Assembly (NCBI GenBank): GCA_002269645.1
Contig: NIVC01002070.1
Coordinates: 1-64,000 of the forward strand
DNA from: Macrostomum lignano
Lineage: Eukaryota
DNA length: 64,000 bases
Direction: 5' to 3'
In this document: piece by piece, positions 28,201 through 40,600 of the stretch
Position numbering within the stretch: the stretch's first letter is position 1
Layout: every line of letters begins with the position of its first letter
The notes under the pieces: model-generated
What the model saw: only the letters and a program-made list of their open reading frames with translations
The model's database searches: none
Told to the model about the DNA's origin: nothing
Program-made: the position numbers and the translations under genes

Positions 28201-29454
28201 ACAGTGGGGGTCAGTAAGGTAAATGAGGGATCACAGTGGGGGGTCAATGAGGATCAGATAGAGCTTACAAACAGCTTGAGATATCTGGCGCAGACGAGGC
28301 CGAAGCCGCCATTGTTGCCGGGTCCGCAGCACACCAGCAGAGTTCTCTCCTTAGTCAGCGACTCCTTTGGGTAGATGCGAGCGAAGGCCACGGCAGCGCT
28401 GAGCCCGCCGTGCTCAAGCAGCTGGTCCAGGCTCAGCGAGTACTCGGTGAGCAGCTCGGAGTCGACCTGCTCGGCCTGCTCGCGCCTGAATGACGTCGTT
28501 GGGGAAGAGGAGAAGAGGGGCGTTTTTACGTTTTGGGAAATAGAGAGAAACACAAGTTGTTGTGGTTACGGTTTGAAAAGAAAACAGATTTCTGGAGACT
28601 CATCTCGCATCTTTGGAGCTTGGACAGAAGATAAATAAGCTTGCCTTCATTTGTAATCCTGTTAGTAACACTCATTTGAACAGAAAAGTTTCTGAATATC
28701 TGATCTCACTTAACAGAACCGACCTCAGGGAGATGTGCATTGGCCCAACCAGTCATGGATTCTTCCAGAGACATATCTCGTTGCAAACCGGTTGCCCTCC
28801 GGCCACCTGTCTTTTCTGTGGCATAGCATAGGAGAGGTGACCGTGGAACATCACGTCACCTTCTGCATGCTCTTAATTCAATAAGGCGCGACACAAACAC
28901 CTCGGCCACCCCCAGTGGATGGACGAGCTGACCACCCCAGACAACATCCGTGATCTTTATTCGCGCCTAGGTCCGAGATACCGGCCCGGACAAGGGTCGC
29001 CGATGTCTCCTCAGTGAACCTGCTGACTACTGGCGGGGGTAAAGCCTTTTTTTACCTTGGGGTTGAGATAGGGGCCTCGCGGCCTAATCCAACTGTACTT
29101 TCTAGTCCATACTCGTAGTCGTATACTTGTGAGTGCCCCAGGGTGTAATCGGCAGACTTATCCAGCTAAAACGGCACCGTTTGCTCACGTTAGAAACGAG
29201 CACTTCTGAGTGAGATCCTCCGCCTCTCGCTTGGCCGTCTTCTGCGACTTCTTGCGGAAGCTGAACCGGAACCGGCCGCTGGCGGTCCGGCCGTGGCCGT
29301 CCTGGCCGGGCGAGTGCTGCTCCTTCCGGCTGGGCATGCCGGACGCGAACGGGAGGGCCGCGTCGTCTCCGGCGCCCGTTGTCGGAGCGGTGGATGAGGC
29401 AGCGGTGGTGGCGACGGCTGAGGTGTCCTTGCTAGTTGGCTCCGAGTCGGTCAT
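25265..29454 (-). CDS. NAXE: NAD(P)H-hydrate epimerase (NAXE/AIBP, YjeF_N)-like protein, divergent; 4 exons, 381 aa
   Basis: Exons 29454-29189, 28485-28269, 26431-26170, 25665-25265, GT-AG with matching phases (1146 nt). Motifs [69 protein letters not shown] follow the NAXE order. Orthology versus paralogy not established. Confidence 0.85.
25785..26148. repeat. 88-bp higher-order repeat of three ~29-bp subunits (NAXE-like intron 3)
   Basis: GAGTTTGGGGTGGC(G/A)GGTGC core with three alternating tails; ORF starts recur at 88-bp spacing. Confidence 0.92.
28135..28255. repeat. ~38-bp tandem repeat, ~3 copies, beside the NAXE-like intron 2 donor
   Basis: GGGATCACAGTGGGGGGTCAGTAGGGTAAAT variants. 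Confidence 0.75.
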
Positions 29455-29579
29455 CTCGCCTTTAGGGCTGTCTCTGCATGGCGTTCAGAGGAATTCGTGA
29501 TATTGACTAGCAACAGCTTTATTTACCGTAGTGACGTAATACTCGTCATGTGAGGGGGCGTAGGGAATAGACGTGTTAC

Positions 29580-29825
29580 GGAGGGTAGGGAATAGACGGT
29601 GTGAGGGAGGATAGAGAAGAGAGGGGTGAAGGGAGGGTAGGGAAGAGAGGGGTGAGGGAGGGTAGGGAAGAGAGGGGTGAGGGAGGGTAGGGAAGAGACG
29701 GTGTGAGGGAGGGTAGGGAAGAGATGGTATAAGGGAGGTTAGGGAAGAGAGGGTGTGAGTGAGGGAGGGGTAGAGAAAGAGAGGGTGTCAGGGAGGTGTA
29801 GGGGAAGAGAGGGTGTCAGGGAGGG
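29580..29825. repeat. Purine-rich ~27-bp repeat upstream of the NAXE-like gene
   Basis: GAGGGAGGGTAGGGAAGAGAGGGGT variants. Confidence 0.85.
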
Positions 29826-30787
29826 TATTGAAACTGGCGGGGTGTCCTTCTTGAACCACAGCCCCTTCCATCACTGTCTGCAAGGAAAAAACTTTCTAGA
29901 AGTAAAACGAGCCAGCAAAAGCAGAAATAAAAATCAATAACAAGAGAAGATCAAAGGCAACGGCCCTCCGATCTGAGACTTATACTGGCAAAGGAGAAAC
30001 GACAGGAGGAGGCAGATAGGCAAGATTAGCCCCTCGCCATCTTCATTTGTCGGACGCGTTTAATATAAGAGCAATCAGGGCTGGCCGGGGCTGGCCGGGG
30101 CTGGCCGGGGCGCCAGATCTCGAAAGCTCAAACGATACTGGAGTTAGCAATCAGGGCTTGGACAGGCAGGCGGGGACTGCCGAAGACTCAGGGGTTCCTC
30201 GCCCCTTAGCTACGCGGTCGGCAGGGCTGGGAGGGAAGACAGTTGAGTGGCGGAGTAAGCAGGCAAATTTGCATGCGACAGCAGCTTGAGGAGGGGAGCA
30301 GGAGGTATTCTCACTCAGCTCTCTTGGAATTCTCTGCACTAGGGGGAATGCTGATGCTCAGGGAAGCTGAAGCTGCATGCGGCGGAGGCTCTTTGGGCCC
30401 TTCAGCCTACTTGACTTTCTTGTCTTCTTGTTTCTTTTCCATCCAGCCGTTGGCGACCTCGCAAGAGTTTGAAGACCATGGGTCTGCTGTTGCTCCAGAC
30501 CCTGATTAATGATTCAAAAGGACGCTACTCTGCCATTCACTTTGTGTCTTCCTTTTCCCTGGATCCCCAATTTCTCTCTCTCTCTCTCTCTCTGTCTCTG
30601 TGGACTTCCCTTTTTAAAGATATGCACGCCTCATCCTTTTCGAGCTTTCATACCGAAATTTTAGCAACCGCCTGCTTGCTTTGTGTCCCAAAATGGGGCT
30701 GCCAGCGCATGTCAGCTGTAGAAATTGAGAAGTTAGCCCCTGGATTCCAATTGCTAGTCCTAATGAGCTGGATTGTTGCCGGGATAA

Positions 30788-31425
30788 GATAGGTAGGGAA
30801 AGATGAGGTGTGAGGGAGAGGTAGGAAAAGAGGGGGTGTGAGGGAGGGGTAAGGAGAGAGGGGGTGTGAGGGAGGGGTGGGTAGAGAGGGGGTATGAGGG
30901 AGGGGTAGGGAGAGAGGGGTGTGAGGGAGGGGTAGGGAAATAGGGGGTGTGAGGTAGGGGTAGGGAAACAGGGGTATGAGGGAGGGGTAGGGAAAGAGGG
31001 GTATGAGGGAGGTGTAGGGAGAGAGGGGATATGAGGGAGGGGTAGGGAAAGAGGGGTGTGAGGGAGGGGTAGGGAAAGAGGGGTATGAGGGAGGGGTAGG
31101 AGAGAGGGGGTGTGAGGGAGGGGTAGGGAAAGAGGGGGTGTGAGGGAGGGGTAGGGAAAGAGGGGGTGTGAGGGAGGGGTAGGGAAAGAGGGGCTGTGAG
31201 GGAGGGGTAGGGAAAGAGGGGGTGTGAGGGAGGGGTAGGGAAAGAGGGGTATGAGGGAGGGGTAGGGAAAGAGGGTATGAGGGAGGGGTAGGGAAAGAGG
31301 GGGTGTGAGGGAGGGGTAGGGAGAGAGGGGGTGTGAGGGAGGGGTAGGGAAAGAGGGGCTGTGAGGGAGGGGTAGGAGAGAGGGGATATGAGGGAGGGTT
31401 AGGGAGAGGGGGGTATGAGGGAGTT
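30788..31425. repeat. Purine/G-rich 27-28-bp minisatellite
   Basis: GAGGGAGGGGTAGGGAAAGAGGGGGTGT variants. Confidence 0.92.
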
Positions 31426-33949
31426 GGCCTGGTAGAATAGAAGGAGTAGTCAAGAGGAAGTACGCAGCCCGTTTATTTCATACAGCGGTTCTTCCTTAAT
31501 CGCTCAAACCGGAAAGTACGAGCCAGTTGTTTATTGAGTCGCACATTCGAGTATTTAGCATGCAGTGTTCAAACAGCACCTTCCTATTCGAGCAGCCCCA
31601 CCGGCACTCCCTACAGTTAGAAGTTTTGCCGATTGCAAATCCTTATCGACTCGCCTCCAAGCGCTGGAGACCTGGACAGAAGGCCACAAGTCAAACAAGC
31701 AGCTGCCATCTTATCTGGGCTTCAAGTTCGGATCTCTCTCTCTCTCTTTCTCGCTCAGTTCTAGGAATTAGAATTATGGCGCCGATCTGGAAATTAACCA
31801 GTACGAGTTCCTCCACCGCATGCATGGTTACTCCAAAATCGAGCACATGGAATCAGCCCCGGAATCCTCAATAATTGCAATCTCATGTTGCAACGCGTCC
31901 CTTCTCAGCTGTGGTGGGAGCATTTTTTGTCGGGAGCCAGCATGTAGGAGCCGCTTCGAACCCCAGCTCACCGTCCCCAGAGCTGCTTGAGAGTCGAGTT
32001 TCTGGGCCTCGCTGTCTGTCTGTCTGCCTGCCTGTCTGTCAGTCTCTCATCTTGAGCACTTCATTCAGGGGCAGTTCGCAGTTTTCAGTGAGTTTTATAC
32101 ATGGATGGAGAACGAGCGAGCACTGAGAGCCGAGGCACTGGCAGGGACAGCCTCCGATGGGTGCTCCATCGCTCAGCTGGGACCCGCGCCCATGGGGATT
32201 TTGGACCAGCCGGGACAAAATTAAATAAACGCGATGGAGAGAGAAGTGAGGAAAGGAGAGCTTGCAGGCTCGGCTTCTGTGTATCTTAGAGCAAGAAATG
32301 CCACCCATGGCTGCCAATGCTTATCCGCGATATGCTCGCTGCAGTTACGGTGCTGGCATTGCCAGCCACGCAGGCTCCCGCAGTGTGAGCTGCCAGCATG
32401 AGTTACTCACCTATCAGATGCCTTCTGTGCTCTGGCTTGACCGGATGGGCAGCAGCTAAGCTGGCTGGGGCTGGCGGACTGGCGGGCGCTGATGAGGGCG
32501 TGCGGTGAAAAACAGGGGGGATTATATGCCCGAGAGAGAGAGAGAAGGGGGAGGACGGGAGTTTTGCTGCCGGGAGAATCCCCGCTTTCTTCCCCCCAAA
32601 GTTGCCACCATTGGCACTCGCAGCAGATACGGGGGCTTGAGTACTGGAGGGTGGGGGCGAGGCGGGGAGGAGAGGCCGGGAGCTTCTTTCAGGATGGCCC
32701 TCCCACGGCCCCTATTGAGAGCGGCTCGATCCGGGCAATTTGCATTTATTCTGCAAAGTCCCAACACTGACGGCCTTGCATGTCTCCCCCTCTCTTCCTG
32801 CCCGTCACTCCGCTTTTGTAGCTGCTTTGCGTTTGTTTCTAATTGCTGCTGCCAGTTCTCTCAGGGCTTTCCGCGAAATTCACAGGCAAATACTGAATTG
32901 TTTAAAAAGCTTTGCTGAGGAAGGAATATAAAGTAAATCAAAGCATTCACACTCTTTGTGCCCTCGAGGTCAGTCTCATGGATTGTGAAACGCGCGGACA
33001 ACCTCCAGTTTATATTCGTGCACAAGCCCCAAAGAATATGACCAGGGGGTCCGACTTGTTTACCACTGACCTGCTCTTGCCCCTGCCAGCTGCGGTCCTA
33101 TGAATCACGGTGGCAGCCACTCGATTCGGGTTAAATAAAGAAGACAAGCCGGTAGAAGATTTCCGCAGATCTGGCGGGTACAAGGCAAACAAACTGAGCA
33201 AGTAGCTCCGAGGGAGGAGCCGGCAGATCTTGTTGGCTGACCCAACCGAGGTCACATAACTCAAGCGCTGAGTCCAGCTCCGGGTTATGGCAGAGTTGTG
33301 TGAGAGGAACAATGTAGGGTGGCCCGCCGGCTGAAAGGTGGGAGCAAAAAGCCAAGCCGGACAAGCCCACTTCGTTTGCCCGTGGATTAAGCCGAGAGAG
33401 CCCTGCTGCTTCTAGTTGCCTGGGCGTTTGGGATTCCGGAGTGGGGAAGGCACGGACACAGAACTTTCATGGGTTCCCAAAGTGCACACGCGGAGCACGG
33501 GGGTGGGGGATTTCTGCTTTAATCTTGTTTCTCCAGCTTGTCTCGCCCTCAGTCCGCGCGCGGATGTTCTGCGTAGTAGGAAGAAGTTGCTGAGAATTTT
33601 TTCCGCTGAAGGAAAGAGGCTTAGCTTGGCCAATCTACTCTATGCATCTCCGGCCCTCTTGTCAACTGCATGGGAAGTTCAATTGGACCTGGCGTGACTG
33701 TATTTTTCGCAAACGGAGGGAGCTCGCGGATTTTCGATAATTATTACTGTTTGATATGCCAGTACCAGATCACCGCCGATCACTGGCTCTGGGGGGATCG
33801 ATTACGTGCATCGCGGCCACCACATGCAATGGGAATTAATTTCAGAGCTATAATGTACATGTGCATATGGACAACCGTAGTACGCTCGTATTTAAATGAG
33901 TTTTTCAAGGTCACCCGAGAGCCAGTCAGGAAGGACGAGATGAAAAACC

Positions 33950-34001
33950 GGGGTTAGGGGTTAGGGGTTAGGGGTTAGGGTTAGGGGTTAGGGGTTAGGG
34001 G
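33950..34001 (+). repeat. Interstitial telomere-like repeat
   Basis: Six TTAGGGG and one TTAGGG in tandem. Confidence 0.85.
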
Positions 34002-35336
34002 AAGGCAATCTTTAAATAGCAGAGGGGAAAGAGGTGTAAGGGATAGGGGGACAGGAGGCCACGGCACCCTTCCTTGCCAGCCAGCCAATCACGAGCCACC
34101 GCCGGGGGGCACAGGGCAGAGAAGAGAAATTGGGTGGAGCCAATTGGTGTTTTGCCATAGACAAATTCATCCGCAAGAAAAATCCACGCTAGTAAAAATA
34201 CAGTAAGGAAAGAACGAGATACATGTAGTCAGATAGGAATAACGAAATATTTAACGAAATAAGGTTTTTTGTTGTTATTTACGTGGTTAAGCGAGGTTTC
34301 TGTCCTAACAACGGGGCTTGAGTATGTCTCAAGGGTTCTATACATTGAGCATGCAAGAAATTGATTTTTCGAAGTTAAGAGATTGTATTTACGGTCAATG
34401 TAGGGTGAAAAACAGTCGCCACGCGAGGCAAGGTTAGGGGAGGGCGCAGCCAGACGACATGCAAAATAAATACCGAACGAAAAGGGGGAAGGGGCGAGAG
34501 AGAGCAGACGTCAACCAAGTCCAGCCAATCAGGGCACCGCGCAGAGAAGAGCTGATAAGCTGGACCAAGAAAGGAGAGAAAGGAATGGAAGGACTGGCCA
34601 ATCGGTCCGCAGAAAAGCTGAGGTGGGGGAGGACCGGGTCGTAAACAAAGGGTGCCCAAAAGAGAGAGAGAGACAGTTGGCGCCCTGGCCCAGCCAATCG
34701 ACTGGCGACCAGCCGGAACCGAAGGTCACCCAGACAAAACAAGTGCGCAGGCACTACAGAAACTACAAAATCACATCTCGCTACTGCATTTCGTGGTGAA
34801 AATCTTCAACGATTCGTGAGTGTAGCACCGCGTCCTCTTCTTCAAATGGCAGATCTCTTCTTCCTCTTCTTCTCAAATGGCAGACTGTTCGTCTTCTTTT
34901 AAACGGCTGCGCTTTTTAAAATCACGTGTCATCGTTATTATTACAGATAAATTCCAACTCTAACATGATTAATGCATATACACAGTGGAAATTCACGAGG
35001 CGAAGAAATGGCAAAACACACAACTGACACACGACATCTGCTCGGCGCTCCTATCCATCAATTTTCCCCTCTTTCTAATTCAATGAGGACTCAGGCGTAT
35101 CGAGTTTCTATCAGAGGAAGAGCAGTAGCAGCCGCCTCAGCGTCATACTGAGTTTCTTTTCCTGCTCTCCAGCGGCGCAGGGCCGCAGAGGATTAAGGGA
35201 TCACGCTTTTTAGATAGATAGAGGCTTTATGGACGCATTTCACATTCTGAACACGATTTGAATGTCCTTCCCCCCACCCCCAGGAGCCAGTGTGTGCTTA
35301 TCTAACGCTTAATATACGAGCTGGAAATACTAATCA

Positions 35337-36655
35337 TTCTCTCCGTCCCAAATAATACATGTTAGCTACTGTAGATTTCCGTCATTGTTGGCACAGCTAA
35401 TCTTTCCCTTTTCTAGTTCTCTCCGTCCCAAATAGTACATGTTAGCTACTGTAGATTTCCGTCATTGTTGGCACAGCTAATCTTCTTTCCCTTTTCTAGT
35501 TCTCTCCGTCCCAAATAATACATGTTAGCTACTGTAGATTTCCGTCATTGTTGGCACAGCTAATCTTTCCCTTTTCTAGTTCTCTCCGTCCCAAATAGTA
35601 CATGTTAGCTACTGTACATTTCCGTCATTGTTGGCACAGCTAATCTTCTTTCCCTTTTCTAGTTCTCTCCGTCCCAAATAATACATGTTAGCTACTGTAG
35701 ATTTCCGTCATTGTTGGCACAGCTAATCTTCTTTCCCTTTTCTAGTTCTCTCCGTCCCAAATAATACATGTTAGCTACTGTAGATTTCCGTCATTGTTGG
35801 CACAGCTAATCTTTCCCTTTTCTAGTTCTCTCCGTCCCAAATAGTACATGTTAGCTACTGTACATTTCCGTCATTGTTGGCACAGCTAATCTTCTTTCCC
35901 TTTTCTAGTTCTCTCCGTGTCAAATAATACATGTTAGCTACTGTAGATTTCCGTCATTGTTGGCACAGCTAATCTTCTTTCCCTTTTCTAGTTCTCTCCG
36001 TCCCAAATAGTACATGTTAGCTACTGTACATTTCCGTCATTGTTGGCACAGCTAATCTTCTTTCCCTTTTCTAGTTCTCTCCGTCCCAAATAATACATGT
36101 TAGCTACTGTAGATTTCCGTCATTGTTGGCACAGCTAATCTTCTTTCCCTTTTCTAGTTCTCTCCGTCCCAAATAGTACATGTTAGCTACTGTAGATTTC
36201 CGTCATTGTTGGCACAGCTAATCTTCTTTCCCTTTTCTAGTTCTCTCCGTCCCAAATAATACATGTTAGCTACTGTAGATTTCCGTCATTGTTGGCACAG
36301 CTAATCTTCTTTCCCTTTTCTAGTTCTCTCCGTCCCAAATAGTACATGTTAGCTACTGTAGATTTCCGTCATTGTTGGCACAGCTAATCTTCTTTCCCTT
36401 TTCTAGTTCTCTCCGTCCCAAATAATACATGTTAGCTACTGTAGATTTCCGTCATTGTTGGCACAGCTAATCTTCTTTCCCTTTTCTAGTTCTCTCCGTC
36501 CCGAATAATACATGTTAGCTACTGTAGATTTCCGTCATTGTTGGCACAGCTAATCTTCTTTCCCTTTTCTAGTTCTCTCCGTGTCAAATAATACATGTTA
36601 GCTACTGTAGATTTCCGTCATTGTTGGCACAGCTAATCTTCTTTCCCTTTTCTAG
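35337..36655. repeat. 80-83-bp tandem repeat, ~16 copies, each ending in a branch point/polypyrimidine/AG-like motif
   Basis: TTCTCTCCGTCCCAAATA(A/G)TACATGTTAGCTACTGTAGATTTCCGTCATTGTTGGCACAG-CTAAT-CTTCTTTCCCTTTTCTAG. Confidence 0.95.
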
Positions 36656-37673
36656 CTTCCCCTAATGGGAAAATAACCCCCCCCCCCACCGACCCGCCAA
36701 GTCACGCCACGCTTGACCGTCGCAATTTCTTGTCCAAGGCGATTGTGCCGTCCTTTGAGTCTCTTGTCGACCGGCCGCCTTTCCCTTCTTCTTTTCAAAG
36801 AAACTTCGGTTTTTTCTGGCCAGACTTTGCCACGCAATCGCTTGTCGGACAGTGCTTACTGATGGCTTGTCCGGCTTTGTCCGGGAGCTTTGCTTCCTTT
36901 CGAATGCGATTGAGTACCGAATTCACGTTCCCAATAGCAATAGTGAAAAAGGTAAGCTGCATCATAGCAACTAATTATATTACTACCAGTAGCGTGATTA
37001 GGAGATTGAGTAACAAGACAAGAACGCCAAAGATTTTTCCAGGTCGATAATAAATTTCCGAATATTGAATCAAACCTTGCTTTCCTTGCACCGCTAATGA
37101 CTTTAAAATGTACTTTTAACTATACTGTTAGACAGGATTTGTTTAATTAAAGTTTAAAATTGTAAAAGAAAATATAAATGATGAATAACAAATTAAGTAA
37201 TCATTATAAAAGTATGATGGTTCATCAGAGGCTCGGTAAATTAGTAAAACTTTCTAGTAGGAGAAAGCAACAATAAAAGCGAACAACATATTAATAAACA
37301 GATTTTAATTCTCACTGTAACTGGCTATAAAAGTGTTGCAGAGAATTTACATATTAAGTAACTCTAACTCGTTTGTATAGTAATTCAGCCGTAAATTGCA
37401 CATACTACTTAAAAAAACGCCGTGGGTTGGTGCAGCCAATCAAATACGATAAAACTAGCCAATATACAGAAATAAATTCTAACCCTGTTGATGTATGCAC
37501 TGGATTTTATTACTTTGCCCCCTGCTACGCGGTTGTATAGGGTGGTGGTAGTCAGCTCCAGCCAATGAGATGCGAATAAGCTAGACAGACGGAGATAAAG
37601 TAATTCCCGTTAATGTACACGCTAGAACCTTTTGCAAACTCCAACCAATCAGACTGTTCGCTAGCCAACGGGC

Positions 37674-40600
37674 CTAGGCCAACGCGCCTTGCAATAGGTA
37701 GAGCGAGTCACGTGATGTGGCCAGAATGCCGATGGAGTCATCCTGCTGCTGCTGCTGAGTGACAGTGGCGACGGCCGGACAGCAGCAGATGCTGGTAAAA
37801 AAGTGGCCGCCATCGGAGACAGGGTGAGTGAGTGCATTGCAGGCCAGCTGCTGTTGCTGGCCGCCGAGACACAGGATGTTGCCGTGCTCACGGCTGAGCA
37901 TCAGTAGTTTCTCCGACTGGCTGGTGCCGCCTAGCGATGGAACCGCGAGTAGGCGGCCAGGGCGCACCTGGTCGAGCTTCCAGCTGCTTACTTTTAGCCA
38001 GGATTTAGCCGTTGGTGGCGGCTGCTGCGGCTCCTGCGGAAGAAGTGAAAATAAGTGTTCAGATCCACTCAGATCCTAGATCCTAGATTCCAGATCCCAG
38101 ATCCCAGATCCTAGATCCCAGATCCTAGATCCCAGATCCTAGATCCCAGATCCCAGATCCCAGATCCTAGATCCCAGATCCTAGATCCCAGATCCTAGAT
38201 CCCAGATCCTAGATCCCAGATCCTAGATCCCAGATCCTAGATCCCAGATCCTAGATCCCAGATCCTAGATCCCAGATCCTAGATCCCAGATCCTAGATCC
38301 CAGATCCTAGATCCCAGATCCTAGATCCCAGATCCTAGATCCCAGATCCTAGATCCCAGATCCTAGATCCCAGATCCTAGATCCCAGATCCTAGATCCCA
38401 GATCCTAGATCCCAGATCCTAGATCCCAGATCCTAGATCCCAGATCCTAGATCCCAGATCCTAGATCCCAGATCCTAGATCCCAGATCCTAGATCCCAGA
38501 TCCTAGATCCCAGATCCTAGATCCCAGATCCTAGATCCCAGATCCTAGATCCCAGATCCTAGATCCCAGATCCTAGATCCCAGATCCTAGATCCCAGATC
38601 CTAGATCCCAGATCCTAGATCCCAGATCCTAGATCCCAGATCCTAGATCCCAGATCCTAGATCCCAGATCCTAGATCCCAGATCCTAGATCCCAGATCCT
38701 AGATCCCAGATCCTAGATCCCAGATCCTAGATCCCAGATCCTAGATCCCAGATCCTAGATCCCAGATCCTAGATCCCAGATCCTAGATCCCAGATCCTAG
38801 ATCCCAGATCCTAGATCCCAGATCCTAGATCCCAGATCCTAGATCCCAGATCCTAGATCCCAGATCCTAGATCCCAGATCCTAGATCCCAGATCCTAGAT
38901 CCCAGATCCTAGATCCCAGATCCTAGATCCCAGATCCTAGATCCCAGATCCTAGATCCCAGATCCTAGATCCCAGATCCTAGATCCCAGATCCCAGATCC
39001 CAGCAAAGCTCGCCTTCTGCTCCTGCTGTTGCGGGCGCAGCGGAAAGGACAGCAGGCGGTGCCTGGGCGGTAGGCCGGCTGCCGGCAGCTGCTCGGTGGC
39101 CACCCAGCAGGTGTTGCCGCCCGACATGCAGGCGACAAAGTCCGGCTTGTAGACGCTTCCGCCGCCGCTGCCGCCGCCGAGTTGAATTTTGAACAGCTTC
39201 CGCCGGAAGTCGCTGCTCATGCGGAACACCTGGGCCTCGGCCGGGGGAGACTGGCTGGCCACCACCAGCTCGCCGCCGCTGTCCACGTCGAAGCCGAGGA
39301 ACTTCGGATAGGGCAGCTCCTTGGACACCTGACCAGGGAATGGTGGATTCAGCAGTGATTCAAATAAAACTAAACAACATTAATTGCTTCTTATCCTTGC
39401 GAAATCTAAATAATCGCGCTTAACAATTCAATCAAATTCGCATCGATTCGTGCTTTGCGGTCTTCCTTTAGAGCCTTAAGTTGAGCACTGGGATCAATTT
39501 TAGATGCCTTCGCCCGGAGCCTTGCTTCGCGTTCCTTTCTAGAGGTCATCCATAGTGTTTCTACTATAGTTTCTATGTTCAAAACTAGCTACTTAAACTG
39601 GTGCCTATAAGTAGTCTGTACGAAATTGACGATTTTACTAAAAAATTAAGAAACATCAACTAACAACAATTTTGACTGGATGAAAAGAATAGAAACTATT
39701 CCATCTCAATTCGAAAATTGAAAAATTGCAAAAATTCGCGAAGCAAAAAATTGAAGTTGAAGAACCCTTGTCGAATGTTGACGAAAAAATGGATTTGTTT
39801 GTCAGGTCCTCCCCTCGACACCAGCTGCGCCAAACCATTTTTGCGCGACTCGCCGCTTTCAAAAATGCATTGTTTGGGGGAATAATAATTTCCCGCAAAA
39901 TATCCACCCCCCCCCCCCAACAACAAGCCGCGCGCGATTCACCTGGAAGCAAAAAATTGGTTGAAATTGCGCCGTGGCGAGCAAAATTTTAGGAGGAAAG
40001 AAAATTTAAAGTGAAAGCCGGCTTAAGCTCGGCAGCTGGCTATCTGTTGGGCAGCCCGTTGCAGCATATGGACAACCTTTATCCCTCGTGGAATTTTATT
40101 TCCCAACGAAGATAGCTGGGGCAGATTTATGCCCAGATGGTTGCAAGCCGCTATCAAAAGCCGTCAAGGTATTCCTCTGCTTAATGTTAGACGTTAGTTA
40201 ATATTGATGTAACATTTTCATTCCAATGTTAACGATTTTGAAGTGCTGCTGAATACCATCATACAGAAGCCATGCACAGACAGTTCTTAGTGTGTCATTT
40301 TGGTTTAATCCCTACTCTGCAGTCTCATTGTTCGTTACATTCATGCTCCTGTCAAAGGCCTGCTTCTCCCCACCCTGTTCTGTCAGAGGCCTGCTACACC
40401 CTACCCTGTTCTGTCAGAGGCCTGCTACACCCCATTGTGTTCTGTCAGAGGCCTGCTACACCCCACCCTGTTCTGTCAGAGGCCTGCTACACCCCATTGT
40501 GTTCTGTCAGAGGCCTGCTACACCCCACCCTGTTTTGTCAGAGGCCTGCTACACCCCACCCTGTTCTGTCAGAGGCCTGCTACACCCCACCCTGTTCTGT

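Noticed and set aside
31480-33900. Many 60-137-aa ORFs in a GC-rich intergenic stretch
   Set aside because: No consistent frame, motif or splice chain; expected by chance.
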